Below are positions 8,345-16,838 of a stretch of DNA of 64,000 bases, piece after piece. Where the stretch lies: the IMG/VR virus record IMGVR_UViG_3300043411_000942, positions 124,001 to 188,000 of that record, one strand, 5' to 3'. A model generated the notes under the pieces. It searched no databases. It worked only from the letters and a program-made list of their open reading frames with translations, and was not told the DNA's origin. Every line of letters begins with the position of its first letter. Position 1 is the first letter of the stretch. Both the position numbers and the translations under genes were made by a program.

Positions 8345-8402
8345 CTAGAAAACGGTTAAAGGTTGAGGGGCTGGGTACGTAAGGTAGGGCGGGCCAGGTC
8401 AT

Positions 8403-8473
8403 TCGGGTGTCGTTCAAAGGTAGGACCTGGGACTTTGACTCCCAAGATCGTGGTTCGATTCCACGCGCCCGAA
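8403..8473 (+). tRNA. tRNA-Gln(TTG)
   Basis: TGGGA-CTTTGAC-TCCCA. Confidence 0.92.
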
Positions 8474-8495
8474 CTAGTGAGTATTGAGTAATTTC

Positions 8496-8568
8496 GGGGC
8501 TGTAGCTCATTTGGTAGAGCGCCTGGTTTGCATCCAGGAAGTGGGGGGTTCGAATCCCTTCAGCTCCA
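8496..8568 (+). tRNA. tRNA-Ala(TGC)
   Basis: canonical, G3:U70. Confidence 0.94.
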
Positions 8569-8570
8569 CT

Positions 8571-8668
8571 TCAACACATGATTGGTCGTGGGAGATATCC
8601 CCTACGAGGTTCGATTCCTCAATTTGCCTGGCGGTTAAATGAATCCGTTCGACTCGGCAATGTGTTGA
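8571..8668 (+). ncRNA. RNA with two T-loop hairpins
   Basis: TCAACACAT/ATGTGTTGA ends; GAGG-TTCGATT-CCTC and CCG-TTCGACT-CGG. Confidence 0.55.
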
Positions 8669-8671
8669 TCT

Positions 8672-8744
8672 CGGCATGTATATCAACGGTTAGATAGCTG
8701 CTCTGATAAAGCAGAGGTTGGAGGTTCAATTCCTCTCATGCCGA
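8672..8744 (+). tRNA. tRNA-Ile(GAT)
   Basis: CTGCT-CTGATAA-AGCAG. Confidence 0.9.
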
Positions 8745-8752
8745 CTTGTAAT

Positions 8753-8827
8753 GGCCCTATGGTCCAGCCTGGAGTGGACGTCTGCCTGTCACGCAGAAGA
8801 TCGTGGGTTCAAATCCCACTAGGGTCG
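8753..8827 (+). tRNA. tRNA-Asp(GTC)
   Basis: TCTGC-CTGTCAC-GCAGA, G73. Confidence 0.93.
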
Positions 8828-8891
8828 CGAAATAGTAGTTAACTCCTACCCTCTGGGTGACGTAAGGTCTAACAGAGAGAGGCGGTACAAA

Positions 8892-9170
8892 ATGGGTTGT
8901 GGTTCAGGTCTGCCAACTGCGTTGGGTGTTGGGTTCACTCCTCTCAAGGGGGAGCCCGAGGTTACGATCAAATCCATTCTTGGGATCAACTACGTATGTG
9001 TACGTAGGACCGAGCACTGGAAAGAGGTTATTGCGGAGTTCTCTCAGCTTAGTCATGCTGAGTTCTACGTGATGGCTCTTCAAAAGGGGAGGTTGCAGAT
9101 CCCTATGGACGCTGAAGCAAAGTTGCAGGTACCTAGAGACGCTGAAACCCTTAGGGGTTTGGCTGAGTAA
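8892..9170 (+). CDS. hypothetical protein
   Basis: 92 aa ORF with GAGG RBS after the promoter motif at 8838-8864. Confidence 0.55.
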   Translation: MGCGSGLPTALGVGFTPLKGEPEVTIKSILGINYVCVRRTEHWKEVIAEFSQLSHAEFYVMALQKGRLQIPMDAEAKLQVPRDAETLRGLAE

Positions 9171-9303
9171 AGGTTGTCGGGTGTAAGTCGTTCAACAGAT
9201 CGGTGTTCATGGAAGGACTGGATGACATGAATGCTTCGGCTCAAATTGGTCAACATTGCTAGGTAAGCCGAGCGCCTAGAGTAAGATCAACCAGTCATAA
9301 CTT

Positions 9304-9374
9304 GGGTCAGAGGCAAAGGTTGCCGGGTGGTTTCCAAGTCCACCGTCGATAGGGTTCGATTCCTTACTGGCCCG
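9304..9374 (+). tRNA. atypical tRNA-Trp(CCA)
   Basis: GGGTCAG/CTGGCCC-G73, GGCAA-AGG-TTGCC, GGTGG-T-TTCCAAG-T-CCACC; anticodon register uncertain. Confidence 0.6.
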
Positions 9375-9403
9375 CTAGTGTTTTGGTGTAGTGTGTTGTG
9401 TCT

Positions 9404-9477
9404 CGGGGTGTAGCTCAGCCTGGTAGAGCGTCTGGTTTGGGATCAGAAAGTCGCAAGTTCAAATCCTGTCGCCCCGA
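9404..9477 (+). tRNA. tRNA-Pro(TGG)
   Basis: TCTGG-TTTGGGA-TCAGA. Confidence 0.92.
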
Positions 9478-9618
9478 CTGTGGGGGATCATCGTCCTCCG
9501 GTCTTGTAGAGGTAAGTGGCCAAAACAAGGGAAGGTTGAGTGTTCTCATCACTGAGAGAATCTTGACTAAGATAGCACCCATTAGGACCTCCTGATCAGA
9601 GGTGTGACCGGTGCGATT

Positions 9619-9691
9619 GTGAGGTATCTAGGCTGGTGCTTAGCCCTTCTTGACAAGAAGGTGTTGGAGGGTTCGATCCCCTCACCTCACA
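9619..9691 (+). tRNA. tRNA-Val(GAC)
   Basis: GTGAGGT/ACCTCAC, CCTTC-TTGACAA-GAAGG. Confidence 0.82.
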
Positions 9692-10518
9692 CCTAGCTTC
9701 TTATCTCTACCGTCAGGTAGATTCGTGACTCCTCGCCTTAGGAGATGTTTACGAACTGCATTATCTGAAACCCCAAGAGACTTTGCCACCGCCATGAAGG
9801 ATGATTTACGTAGCTGCGCCAGTAACTCTTCTATAGATGGCCACACAATTACAGTAGGGCCCATCATCATCCGATGACTGGAGTTGCAATCGTGACAGCA
9901 GGCGCTGTGTGGGGATTTAATTTTGTCGCAGTTTGGGCAAACTAGACCCTTCCACGTAGCTACCTTAGTCTTGACACTACAGGGACCACAATGTCGAGAT
10001 TTCTTACTAACAGCTACTTTCTGACATAACTCACAAAACCTAGGCGGTAGCTTAAGTTTTCTTCCTGCGAAGGTGGGTGTCTGAGAGTGACAGTTGGGAC
10101 ATAGTAACCGTAGGTTGTCAATACGGTTATCGTCGTGAGATCCGTTGATGTGATCAAGTTGCAACGAAAGTGGTGCCCCTAACCATTCGGTTAATCCGCA
10201 TACCTTACACTGGTAGGCTAGAAAGCCTTCCCTCACAAGCTGCACCTTCAAACTTTGAGTGTTAGAGTAGAGGCTATTTTCGACTAGGATGGCCGTGAGT
10301 GGGATTTTTTTACTCCGCTTATGTGTTCCCCCTTTCATGTGCCCCTGACCAGTCCAATGGGTAGTGTCTAGTTGTAACTTCTTAATCTTGACCTTCGCCG
10401 TAGTGTAGTTACCCCCTGTAGCTTTCAACCCAAGTGCTCTGAGTACTTGAGCCATAGTGAGACTGGATCTGACAGCTTCAATGAAGTCTGTTTCTGTATA
10501 TGGTGTGGGTTGGACCAT
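9682..10518 (-). CDS. HNH homing endonuclease with Cys-rich repeats and C-terminal HTH
   Basis: LQLDHINGSHDDNRIDNLRLLCPNCHSQT; likely start MVQPT at 10518. Confidence 0.88.
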   Translation of the reverse strand: MVQPTPYTETDFIEAVRSSLTMAQVLRALGLKATGGNYTTAKVKIKKLQLDTTHWTGQGHMKGGTHKRSKKIPLTAILVENSLYSNTQSLKVQLVREGFLAYQCKVCGLTEWLGAPLSLQLDHINGSHDDNRIDNLRLLCPNCHSQTPTFAGRKLKLPPRFCELCQKVAVSKKSRHCGPCSVKTKVATWKGLVCPNCDKIKSPHSACCHDCNSSHRMMMGPTVIVWPSIEELLAQLRKSSFMAVAKSLGVSDNAVRKHLLRRGVTNLPDGRDKKLGVR

Positions 10519-10573
10519 CTGAACCCTCTCTGTAGTAGACGTACAATGTAGGGGGTATAAGTAGAAAACTGAA

Positions 10574-10655
10574 GCGCGAGTGGTGGAATGGCATACACAG
10601 GACACTCAAAAAGTCCCCCGAAAGGATAAGGGTTCAAGTCCCTTCTCGCGCACCA
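10574..10655 (+). tRNA. tRNA-Leu(CAA)
   Basis: GCGCGAG/CTCGCGC-A-CCA, CT-CAA-AA. Confidence 0.9.
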
Positions 10656-10816
10656 TAGAGAGTACCAATCCTGTCAGGCAGGGGTAATCTCTAGTTCAAC
10701 CTTGAACCTGGATATAGGGGTTGGACCTTAGGTGGGAGGTAGGCAATATCTCCCACCTAAGGCGTTTCTCTCAACTCGACTCGCTTGAAGCGAGTCACTC
10801 ACGAGACATAAATCAG

Positions 10817-12703
10817 ATGAACAAAGAAAATCTAGGCCCAGCAGAGCGCATTCTGCAAACGTTGCTTCAGTACACGGATCATGCTGTCCACAACCGACCA
10901 GGGTACACCGTAAAGGACACCTCTGTTGTCGGAGTGAAGTGGCAACCTGTCACTCACAAGGTAGAGGGTGACGAGAAGGTAGTTTACACTCTCTCGAAGG
11001 TGGGCAAGAAGACTGTCCGTACGAGGTTGGGTGTCCTTCAGCCGGACAATCGAATCACGGGCCCTAGGGGGGCCTTGATTGGGGAGTACCGACCAGCCGG
11101 TCTGTTCCCTGAGGTCGTGACCTGGATGTACCGTCAGGTCACGGAGGTGTGGAAGCTGGATAACGAGTTCGCTGCCCGTTGGGCGAGCTACGCTTTCAAG
11201 CAAGAGCATCGAGACCTGAAGGTCATCCTGGCAGCCCTGATGCTTGTACAGTCCCGTAAGGGAGATCCTGTTCTGGATCAAGGCAAGGTAGCCTTCTACG
11301 ATGAAGACTTCCGAGACGTTGGAGAGGCCATGTTGCTGCTCCATGACAAGGACAACAAGGCTGGGTTGAACCCCAAGCTACTTCTTCGTGTCCAGGAGAT
11401 TCTGACCCTTCCTGGAGTGGTTGCAATCAACCGAGAGCTTGGTTTCTCTCGATCCCTACGTAACCCGGCTCTGGGTCGTTGGCCCAAGGCTGTAACTAAG
11501 TGGCTTCGGTTCCGAGAGGAAAACCCCAAGCTGCTTGCAGGACTCGTTAAGGCTGGATTCAAGTCCACCGTAATGGAGTTGGCACGTAAGGTAGGGTACA
11601 AGCCGGAGTCTTCAAAGTTCTTTGAGGCTCTTCGGTGGAAGCAGGGACAAGCCAAGGACGGTCACCGTTCAATTGCCATTGGGCAAGCGGTAACCGCTGC
11701 GGAATCCTGGAATGGTCTGACTGAAGAGCAAGTCTGTCAAAAGATTGCGTCTACTCGACCTAACTGGAAGCGGATCGTAGGTCTTCTTCCCAAGGAGGTT
11801 GGAGTTACCCGAGCAATCGTGGCTGTAGCGATTGAGTCTGGGTCGTTTAGCGACAAGGACTTGATCATTGCAACCCCGACGCTGGAGGAGCTTGGTCTCC
11901 TGGATGTTCAGGACATTCGAGCCCGCTGGGTTCGAGCCACGAAAGAGGCGGATGACATGCGTGCGGCGAACATTGCCACACGAGTCAAGAGCCAAGCGAC
12001 CAAGGAAGTTCTACAGGATGCTGCGGACACAGCAATCAAGAAGGTTGTAGAGCAGGTCATGAAGGGGATTCGAATCTACTTCATGGTTGACATCTCGGGA
12101 TCGATGGAAGGCGCTATTGAGTCCGCAAAGGGCTACATCGGTAAGTTCCTTCAGGCGTTCCCGAAAGACAAGGTCCATGTGAGCGTGTTCAATACTTCTG
12201 GGCGAGAAGTCCAAATCCCACACGCGTCAGCGGCTGGGGTGGAGAATGCGTTCAAGGGCATTAGGGCAGGAGGCGGTACGGACTATGGGGCTGGCGTTCG
12301 AGCCCTCATGAAGTTCAAGCCTCAGGCTGACGAGGATGTCATCTTCTTCTTCGTGGGAGATGAAGAGGCGAGTGAGTTTTCGACTGCGGTTAGAGATTCT
12401 GGCCTTTCTCCAGTTGCTTTCGGATTTGTAAAGGTTCGAGCAACTACTGGAGCTGGGGCTTGGAGAGCTACACAGTACGAAACTTCGGCAGTACGAGACA
12501 CTGCAACGAACTTGGGAGTTCCTTGCTTCATGGTGGACGCAAATACGTTTGACGACCCCTACGCAATTCCACGTACGATGCGGAATCTCATCTCAGCTAC
12601 CCCTGTTGGTGTAGCTCGTAAGCAGACCGAGACCACGCGAGTGGGTCTTGTGGACCTGATTCTAAAGACCGATATCATGCAGAAGCCGACTTGGGCTTCG
12701 TGA
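10817..12703 (+). CDS. helical (Ro60/TROVE-like) domain plus C-terminal vWA domain protein
   Basis: vWA MIDAS VDISGSM, AGGGTDYG, VGDE; ~410 aa basic helical N-terminus; TROVE assignment is inference; start ATG 10817. Confidence 0.75.
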   Translation: MNKENLGPAERILQTLLQYTDHAVHNRPGYTVKDTSVVGVKWQPVTHKVEGDEKVVYTLSKVGKKTVRTRLGVLQPDNRITGPRGALIGEYRPAGLFPEVVTWMYRQVTEVWKLDNEFAARWASYAFKQEHRDLKVILAALMLVQSRKGDPVLDQGKVAFYDEDFRDVGEAMLLLHDKDNKAGLNPKLLLRVQEILTLPGVVAINRELGFSRSLRNPALGRWPKAVTKWLRFREENPKLLAGLVKAGFKSTVMELARKVGYKPESSKFFEALRWKQGQAKDGHRSIAIGQAVTAAESWNGLTEEQVCQKIASTRPNWKRIVGLLPKEVGVTRAIVAVAIESGSFSDKDLIIATPTLEELGLLDVQDIRARWVRATKEADDMRAANIATRVKSQATKEVLQDAADTAIKKVVEQVMKGIRIYFMVDISGSMEGAIESAKGYIGKFLQAFPKDKVHVSVFNTSGREVQIPHASAAGVENAFKGIRAGGGTDYGAGVRALMKFKPQADEDVIFFFVGDEEASEFSTAVRDSGLSPVAFGFVKVRATTGAGAWRATQYETSAVRDTATNLGVPCFMVDANTFDDPYAIPRTMRNLISATPVGVARKQTETTRVGLVDLILKTDIMQKPTWAS

Positions 12704-12717
12704 AAGAGTAGAGCGCC

Positions 12718-13680
12718 ATGGGGTGGAGAGACTTGCTTCCAGAAAAAGAGGAGACTGTAATCTTCCCTTGGGTTGGAGGTAGGTCTCTTCGCTCCGGCTC
12801 TCGTACTTGGAAAATTCAAGGTGCGCTACCAGACGAGCATGGATGGTATGCGTTTCGGATAGTGGGGCGTAATGCCACTCTAGGTGGACCTAGTGGTCCC
12901 GTAGTTGGGATGCTCGATCCTTACAAGGATGTTGGTTACCTAGTAGGGGACCACTTTGTATCTGACTCAATCCAGGCTCAGAGTACTACTCAGGCGTTGC
13001 GCCAGATGAGCCCAGTGGGGCTAGTTGAGCCAGGACTAGATCGGTTCGCTAGGGTCTCCGTAGGGCGAGCGTTTGAGGGCGGCCCTCTTATCTACATGGG
13101 ACTAGAGTTCCCTTTGGGCCCGGAGGAGCAAGTCCTTCAAATGTTCCTAGACCAAGCTCCAACCGTTCGTGAAGTCAAAGGAGTTACTCCAGCGCTCGAA
13201 GCTGCCTTTCAAGTGGAAACTTGGCAACGTCTGGAAACAGAGAGGTTGCGAGTAGAAGCAAACGAGCGTCGCCGATTGGCGGAGGAGCAACGACGTAAGG
13301 AAGAGCAACGTCAACAGATTTTGAACCAGCTTGGGGACGCAGTTGGTCGCCGTCAAATGGCTCAACTCGACTTTGCAGAAGCTGCAAAAGCCTCCCTTGC
13401 GGTAGGGGGCGCTACTTACCTAGACCATCGTAGAGCCGTCACGAGAGGTGAGATGGTTGTAAGGTTCCGGTACATGGACCGTAGGTTCGAATGTGTGTGC
13501 GACGAGAAGACACTACAGATCATTGACTCTGGAGTGTGCCTTACTGCACACAATGATGATGATGGGTTTGACGAGGGAGTGAAAGGAGACCGTTTCTTTA
13601 CTCTTGAGTCCCTGCCATCCGTGTTGAAGGAAGCTCAGGATCTTGGCCGTCTTGTGGTGTATAGGCACGTAGATGGCTAA
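12718..13680 (+). CDS. conserved protein, possible E2-like C-terminal domain
   Basis: Coiled coil followed by IIDSGVCL...TLESLPSVL, reminiscent of the E2 GxxCL catalytic segment; lies in a Ubl operon. Confidence 0.5.
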   Translation: MGWRDLLPEKEETVIFPWVGGRSLRSGSRTWKIQGALPDEHGWYAFRIVGRNATLGGPSGPVVGMLDPYKDVGYLVGDHFVSDSIQAQSTTQALRQMSPVGLVEPGLDRFARVSVGRAFEGGPLIYMGLEFPLGPEEQVLQMFLDQAPTVREVKGVTPALEAAFQVETWQRLETERLRVEANERRRLAEEQRRKEEQRQQILNQLGDAVGRRQMAQLDFAEAAKASLAVGGATYLDHRRAVTRGEMVVRFRYMDRRFECVCDEKTLQIIDSGVCLTAHNDDDGFDEGVKGDRFFTLESLPSVLKEAQDLGRLVVYRHVDG

Positions 13681-14239
13681 CGAAAAAGACCGCTCAGTTT
13701 GGGTTTTCAGGCTGAGTAACGATCCAGTAGGTGTGCGCCCCATCGAGGATGAAGTGCGCCCCATCGAGGATGAAGTCGCGGACGCACTGCAACGACAGGA
13801 CAAAGCCCTCATGGCTAGCAGAGAAGAAGAGCACGTCTCAGCTGTCCCAATCTATGGGGCTCCACTCTACGTGATGCCCGCCAAGGTACCCGTAGGTACT
13901 GGATTTGCAGACCCAGCTTACGAAGAAGAAGTCAACATAAACGTCTCAGCCGTTTCAGCCTATGGCGGGGCTCCACCTTTAGATGATGATCATGACTACG
14001 AGTTTGACGTCTGCTTGGAAGACTACTCTCAAGCCACCCTTACAAAGGTGGTCCAAGTTGTACGTAGGGTGCTCCCCATGGACCTAGCGAAGGCTGTTAC
14101 TCTAGTAAAGAGCACTCCTGTGGTTTTAGCCTCTAAGGTTAGCATCTCAGATGCTTTGGAGCTTGAGTCAGAGTTCACTAAGGTTGGAGCGCAAGTACGA
14201 GTTGTAAACTCGTACACCAAAGAGGTGGTACGAGCATGA
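13673..14239 (+). CDS. ribosomal protein L7/L12 C-terminal domain protein
   Basis: EFDVCLED...KVVQVVRRVLPMDLAKAVTLVKSTPVVL...VSISDALELESEFTKVGAQV. Confidence 0.78.
   Translation: MANEKDRSVWVFRLSNDPVGVRPIEDEVRPIEDEVADALQRQDKALMASREEEHVSAVPIYGAPLYVMPAKVPVGTGFADPAYEEEVNINVSAVSAYGGAPPLDDDHDYEFDVCLEDYSQATLTKVVQVVRRVLPMDLAKAVTLVKSTPVVLASKVSISDALELESEFTKVGAQVRVVNSYTKEVVRA
13733..13774 (+). repeat. perfect 21-nt tandem duplication (VRPIEDE x2)
   Basis: GTGCGCCCCATCGAGGATGAA twice. Confidence 0.9.
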
Positions 14240-14703
14240 GCATAGAAACAGGAGTGGTGGTAAACCTTCAAGGGGAGCCGATTCACTGGCACCTCCCACC
14301 AGGACGGTCTGCTGGGTACCTACCGGATAGTAGAGACCTTTGGGATGTGTTCTGGGAGAATCGTGACAACCTACTCGGGTTTGCACACAGCCACCCAGGG
14401 GCAGGCTACCCTCACCCTTCTCACGAAGATCTTACAACCTTCTCAGCGGTAGAAGCTGGCTTGGGTCGAAGGTTGCTTTGGTGGGTTATGAGTAAGACCT
14501 CGGTAGTGGTGTATAGCTGGGTCGGTCCTGGTTTGTACGACTACCGAGTGAACTCTGACCGAGAGGCTAAGTATGAGAGTGGGGACAGCTCAAGCCAACA
14601 GGAACTAAGTTGGGTTGCGAGGTTGTACTCTCTATCTTACCTAAACAATGAGGGTAGTCCAGAGATGGACTACATGAACGTAGACCTTGGCGGAGATAGA
14701 TAA
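14236..14703 (+). CDS. JAB/JAMM metallopeptidase
   Basis: N-terminal E, then HSHPGAGYPHPSHED (HxH-x-S-xx-D motif). Confidence 0.9.
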   Translation: MSIETGVVVNLQGEPIHWHLPPGRSAGYLPDSRDLWDVFWENRDNLLGFAHSHPGAGYPHPSHEDLTTFSAVEAGLGRRLLWWVMSKTSVVVYSWVGPGLYDYRVNSDREAKYESGDSSSQQELSWVARLYSLSYLNNEGSPEMDYMNVDLGGDR

Positions 14704-14715
14704 GGGGAATTCAAA

Positions 14716-14973
14716 ATGGAAGCAAATGAAGCACGAGTGAATGTTACTTACGCAGGTGCAAACGGAGACCTGCCCGACCCTGTATCGTTTGATGCAGCGG
14801 ACGGAGACATCAAGCAGTGGGTCACTGAGTCTGTAAGGACCGGGGGAATCCCAGGGATTCCTGCCACGGCAACGGCCAACTTCGCAGACTTTGTGGTGGA
14901 CCGGTTCACGGCGAACGAAGCAAGGCCTTACAATGCAATTTTCTTGAGGCCGAAAACCCCATTTGGAGTCTAG
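14716..14973 (+). CDS. ubiquitin-like beta-grasp protein (Ubl)
   Basis: 85 aa ending IFLRPKTPFG-V; lies between JAB and E1 genes. Confidence 0.72.
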   Translation: MEANEARVNVTYAGANGDLPDPVSFDAADGDIKQWVTESVRTGGIPGIPATATANFADFVVDRFTANEARPYNAIFLRPKTPFGV

Positions 14974-14996
14974 TTCTAGTTGACACTCAAGCGGCT

Positions 14997-15218
14997 TTGG
15001 TGAGGCCATTCTTACCAGAGTGTTTTCTCTATAAGATTCAACATGTTAGCCACATTAAGCCCAACCCTTGGTGGCAGCGCTCCCGAAAGCTAACCCCTGA
15101 AGCTGTTCGGGTTATCCGGGCTAGCGGAGCGTCACTCTCGAAGTTGGCTAAAACCTACTCTGTCTCCCGTAGGGTGGTCCAACTGGTCCGTGCTGGGGAG
15201 ACTTACCAAGACGTGTAA
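14997..15218 (+). CDS. small HTH protein (homing-endonuclease C-terminal type)
   Basis: KLTPEAVRVIRASGASLSKLAKTYSVSRRVVQLVRAGETY, similar to the C-terminus of 59136-60236. Confidence 0.55.
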   Translation: MVRPFLPECFLYKIQHVSHIKPNPWWQRSRKLTPEAVRVIRASGASLSKLAKTYSVSRRVVQLVRAGETYQDV

Positions 15219-15272
15219 AAACTCGTTAAAGGTTCCCGTCCTTGGTACGTAAGGTTAGGTAAGGTAGCCAAC

Positions 15273-15506
15273 ATGAACTTCCAGACCCTTACGACTCGAT
15301 TGAAGACAATCGGGGAGATTGTGGAGCCAGCCAACGGACCTAAGGTAGGGGATTCTTACCTAGACCTTCACACTTCCTCAGAGGGAGTAATCTGGAAGGT
15401 CATGGAGGTTGACTGGGTTCACGACACCGTCAAGCTGAAAGGCTTGAAAGGCCATGTTGAGTGGGCTGGGTACTACTCAGTTCTCAACTTGATGAGAAAA
15501 CTCTGA
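15273..15506 (+). CDS. hypothetical protein
   Basis: 77 aa ORF after a promoter motif; TGATG-coupled to E1. Confidence 0.6.
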   Translation: MNFQTLTTRLKTIGEIVEPANGPKVGDSYLDLHTSSEGVIWKVMEVDWVHDTVKLKGLKGHVEWAGYYSVLNLMRKL

Positions 15507-16081
15507 TGAAAAACATAGTAGTAGTGGGAGTAGGGGCTCTTGGTTCACACCTTGTCCCTCTACTCCGTAACCTGGACGCAACTGTAAAGGTTGTGGACTT
15601 TGACCGAGTAGAGACAAAGAACACGATGTCTCAGTTCCACGCAAAGTCTTCTGTCGGTAAGTCGAAGGTTCAAGCCCTTCAAGCTACCATGCAGTTCTTG
15701 TGGGGCGTAAAGCTGCAAGTCATACCCCACAAGCTTACTACAGACAACCAAGAGCAGCTCCTTGGAGGAGCAGACCTTCTTGTCGACTGCCTAGACAACG
15801 GCCCTTCCAGGAGACTTGTACAGGACTATGCGAAGCGTAAAGGTGTCCCATGCCTACATGGGGCGTTAGCAGCGGATGGTTCGTTTGGTAGGGTAATCTG
15901 GACAGAGTCCTTTACCATCGATGAGGCTCCTGGAGTTGGTACTCCAACCTGTGAGAACGGAGAGCACCTAGCGTTCATCTCCATCGTGGCCTCCTATCTA
16001 GCTCAGGTTACCAGTGCTTTTCTTGCTACTGGTACCAAGTTGGGGTATAGTGTTCATGCAGGTGGTGCGGTTAGGACGTAG
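15506..16081 (+). CDS. ThiF/E1-like Ubl-activating adenylyltransferase
   Basis: GVGALG, VDFDRVETKN, GKSKV, VDCLDN, single Cys in PTCE. Confidence 0.9.
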   Translation: MKNIVVVGVGALGSHLVPLLRNLDATVKVVDFDRVETKNTMSQFHAKSSVGKSKVQALQATMQFLWGVKLQVIPHKLTTDNQEQLLGGADLLVDCLDNGPSRRLVQDYAKRKGVPCLHGALAADGSFGRVIWTESFTIDEAPGVGTPTCENGEHLAFISIVASYLAQVTSAFLATGTKLGYSVHAGGAVRT

Positions 16082-16149
16082 GAAAAATCGCACGCTTAGC
16101 AAAAGAAAATCTTGCCCGCCCTCTACTCCTGGTGTAGAGGTACTTAACA

Positions 16150-16207
16150 GGAAGAGGTGACCTAATCGGTAGGTACCTCAGGCTGGTTCGAATCCACCCT
16201 CTTCCCC
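16150..16207 (+). ncRNA. anticodon-armless tRNA-like RNA
   Basis: GGAAGAGG/CCTCTTCC, D arm ACCT-AATCGGT-AGGT, TTCGAAT loop, no anticodon arm. Confidence 0.6.
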
Positions 16208-16208
16208 T

Positions 16209-16341
16209 GCTTCTGTCTACTACCTGAATCTTACAAGCAATGTTGGTTCGAATCCAACTGCCCCTTCGGGGGTATGGCGGAATGGAAAACGCAATCACCC
16301 GATAAGTGATCAATACCCAGATTCAGGACTCAGTCAGAAGC
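16209..16341 (+). ncRNA. Y RNA (YrlA)-like permuted tRNA mimic #1
   Basis: GCTTCTG/CAGAAGC and CCTGAATCT/AGATTCAGG enclose T arm, UUCG-capped acceptor hairpin, then D arm. Confidence 0.78.
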
Positions 16342-16348
16342 TACTTTC

Positions 16349-16476
16349 GCCGCATATGACTCCAGGTGGGGTCACTCCCGTTTAAAGGAATAAACCGACA
16401 CTCCGCTCTCAATCCTCGCAAGAGGGTTAACTTGAAGTGTCTACAAGAATGGTTGGTTCGAGTCCAACATGCGGCA
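16349..16476 (+). ncRNA. tRNA-like RNA #2 with inserted motif stem
   Basis: GCCGCAT/ATGCGGC acceptor, T arm; GACACT...AGTGTC insert carries the shared internal loop. Confidence 0.7.
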
Positions 16477-16478
16477 CT

Positions 16479-16600
16479 AGAGACGGTTACTACGAGGTGT
16501 TTACAAGCATAGTCCAATGGTAGGACATCAGCCCTGATAGCTGACTGTATAGGTTCAATTCCTATTGCAATCAATCCAACACCTCAACTCAATCGTCTCT
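16479..16600 (+). ncRNA. tRNA-like RNA #3 nested in motif stem
   Basis: AGAGACG/CGTCTCT and GAGGTGTT/AACACCTC enclose D, anticodon-like and T arms. Confidence 0.75.
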
Positions 16601-16705
16601 TATATCTATGTTACCATTCAAGATTACCTCTATCTTGCTCTAGGTCGTGTGGTGCAAAGTTAGGAGCAGTGCAGAAAAACCGTATCGTTGCTACTTAGTT
16701 ACTTA

Positions 16706-16836
16706 GCCGGACATAGAGGGTGGGTCCCCTCATTCGTAATGAAGCACGAAAAGCACCAGCATCTCTTCTCGCCCTCTTTACCGAGGGTTCTCTGAGATGC
16801 TTACAAGAAATCTTGGTTCGAGTCCAAGGTCCGGCG
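16706..16836 (+). ncRNA. tRNA-like RNA #4 with inserted motif stem
   Basis: GCCGGAC/GTCCGGC, T arm CTTGG-TTCGAGT-CCAAG, AGCATCTC/GAGATGCT insert. Confidence 0.7.
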
Positions 16837-16838
16837 CT

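Noticed and set aside
10721-10816. TTG start extending the vWA ORF
   Set aside because: The region is hairpin-rich leader; ATG 10817 is the more plausible start.
14716-16081. Ordinary ThiS/ThiF or MoaD/MoeB cofactor biosynthesis
   Set aside because: No thi or moa genes nearby, the Ubl lacks a GG end, and it co-occurs with JAB and E2-like genes; a tRNA-thiolation sulfur-relay role is not fully excluded.
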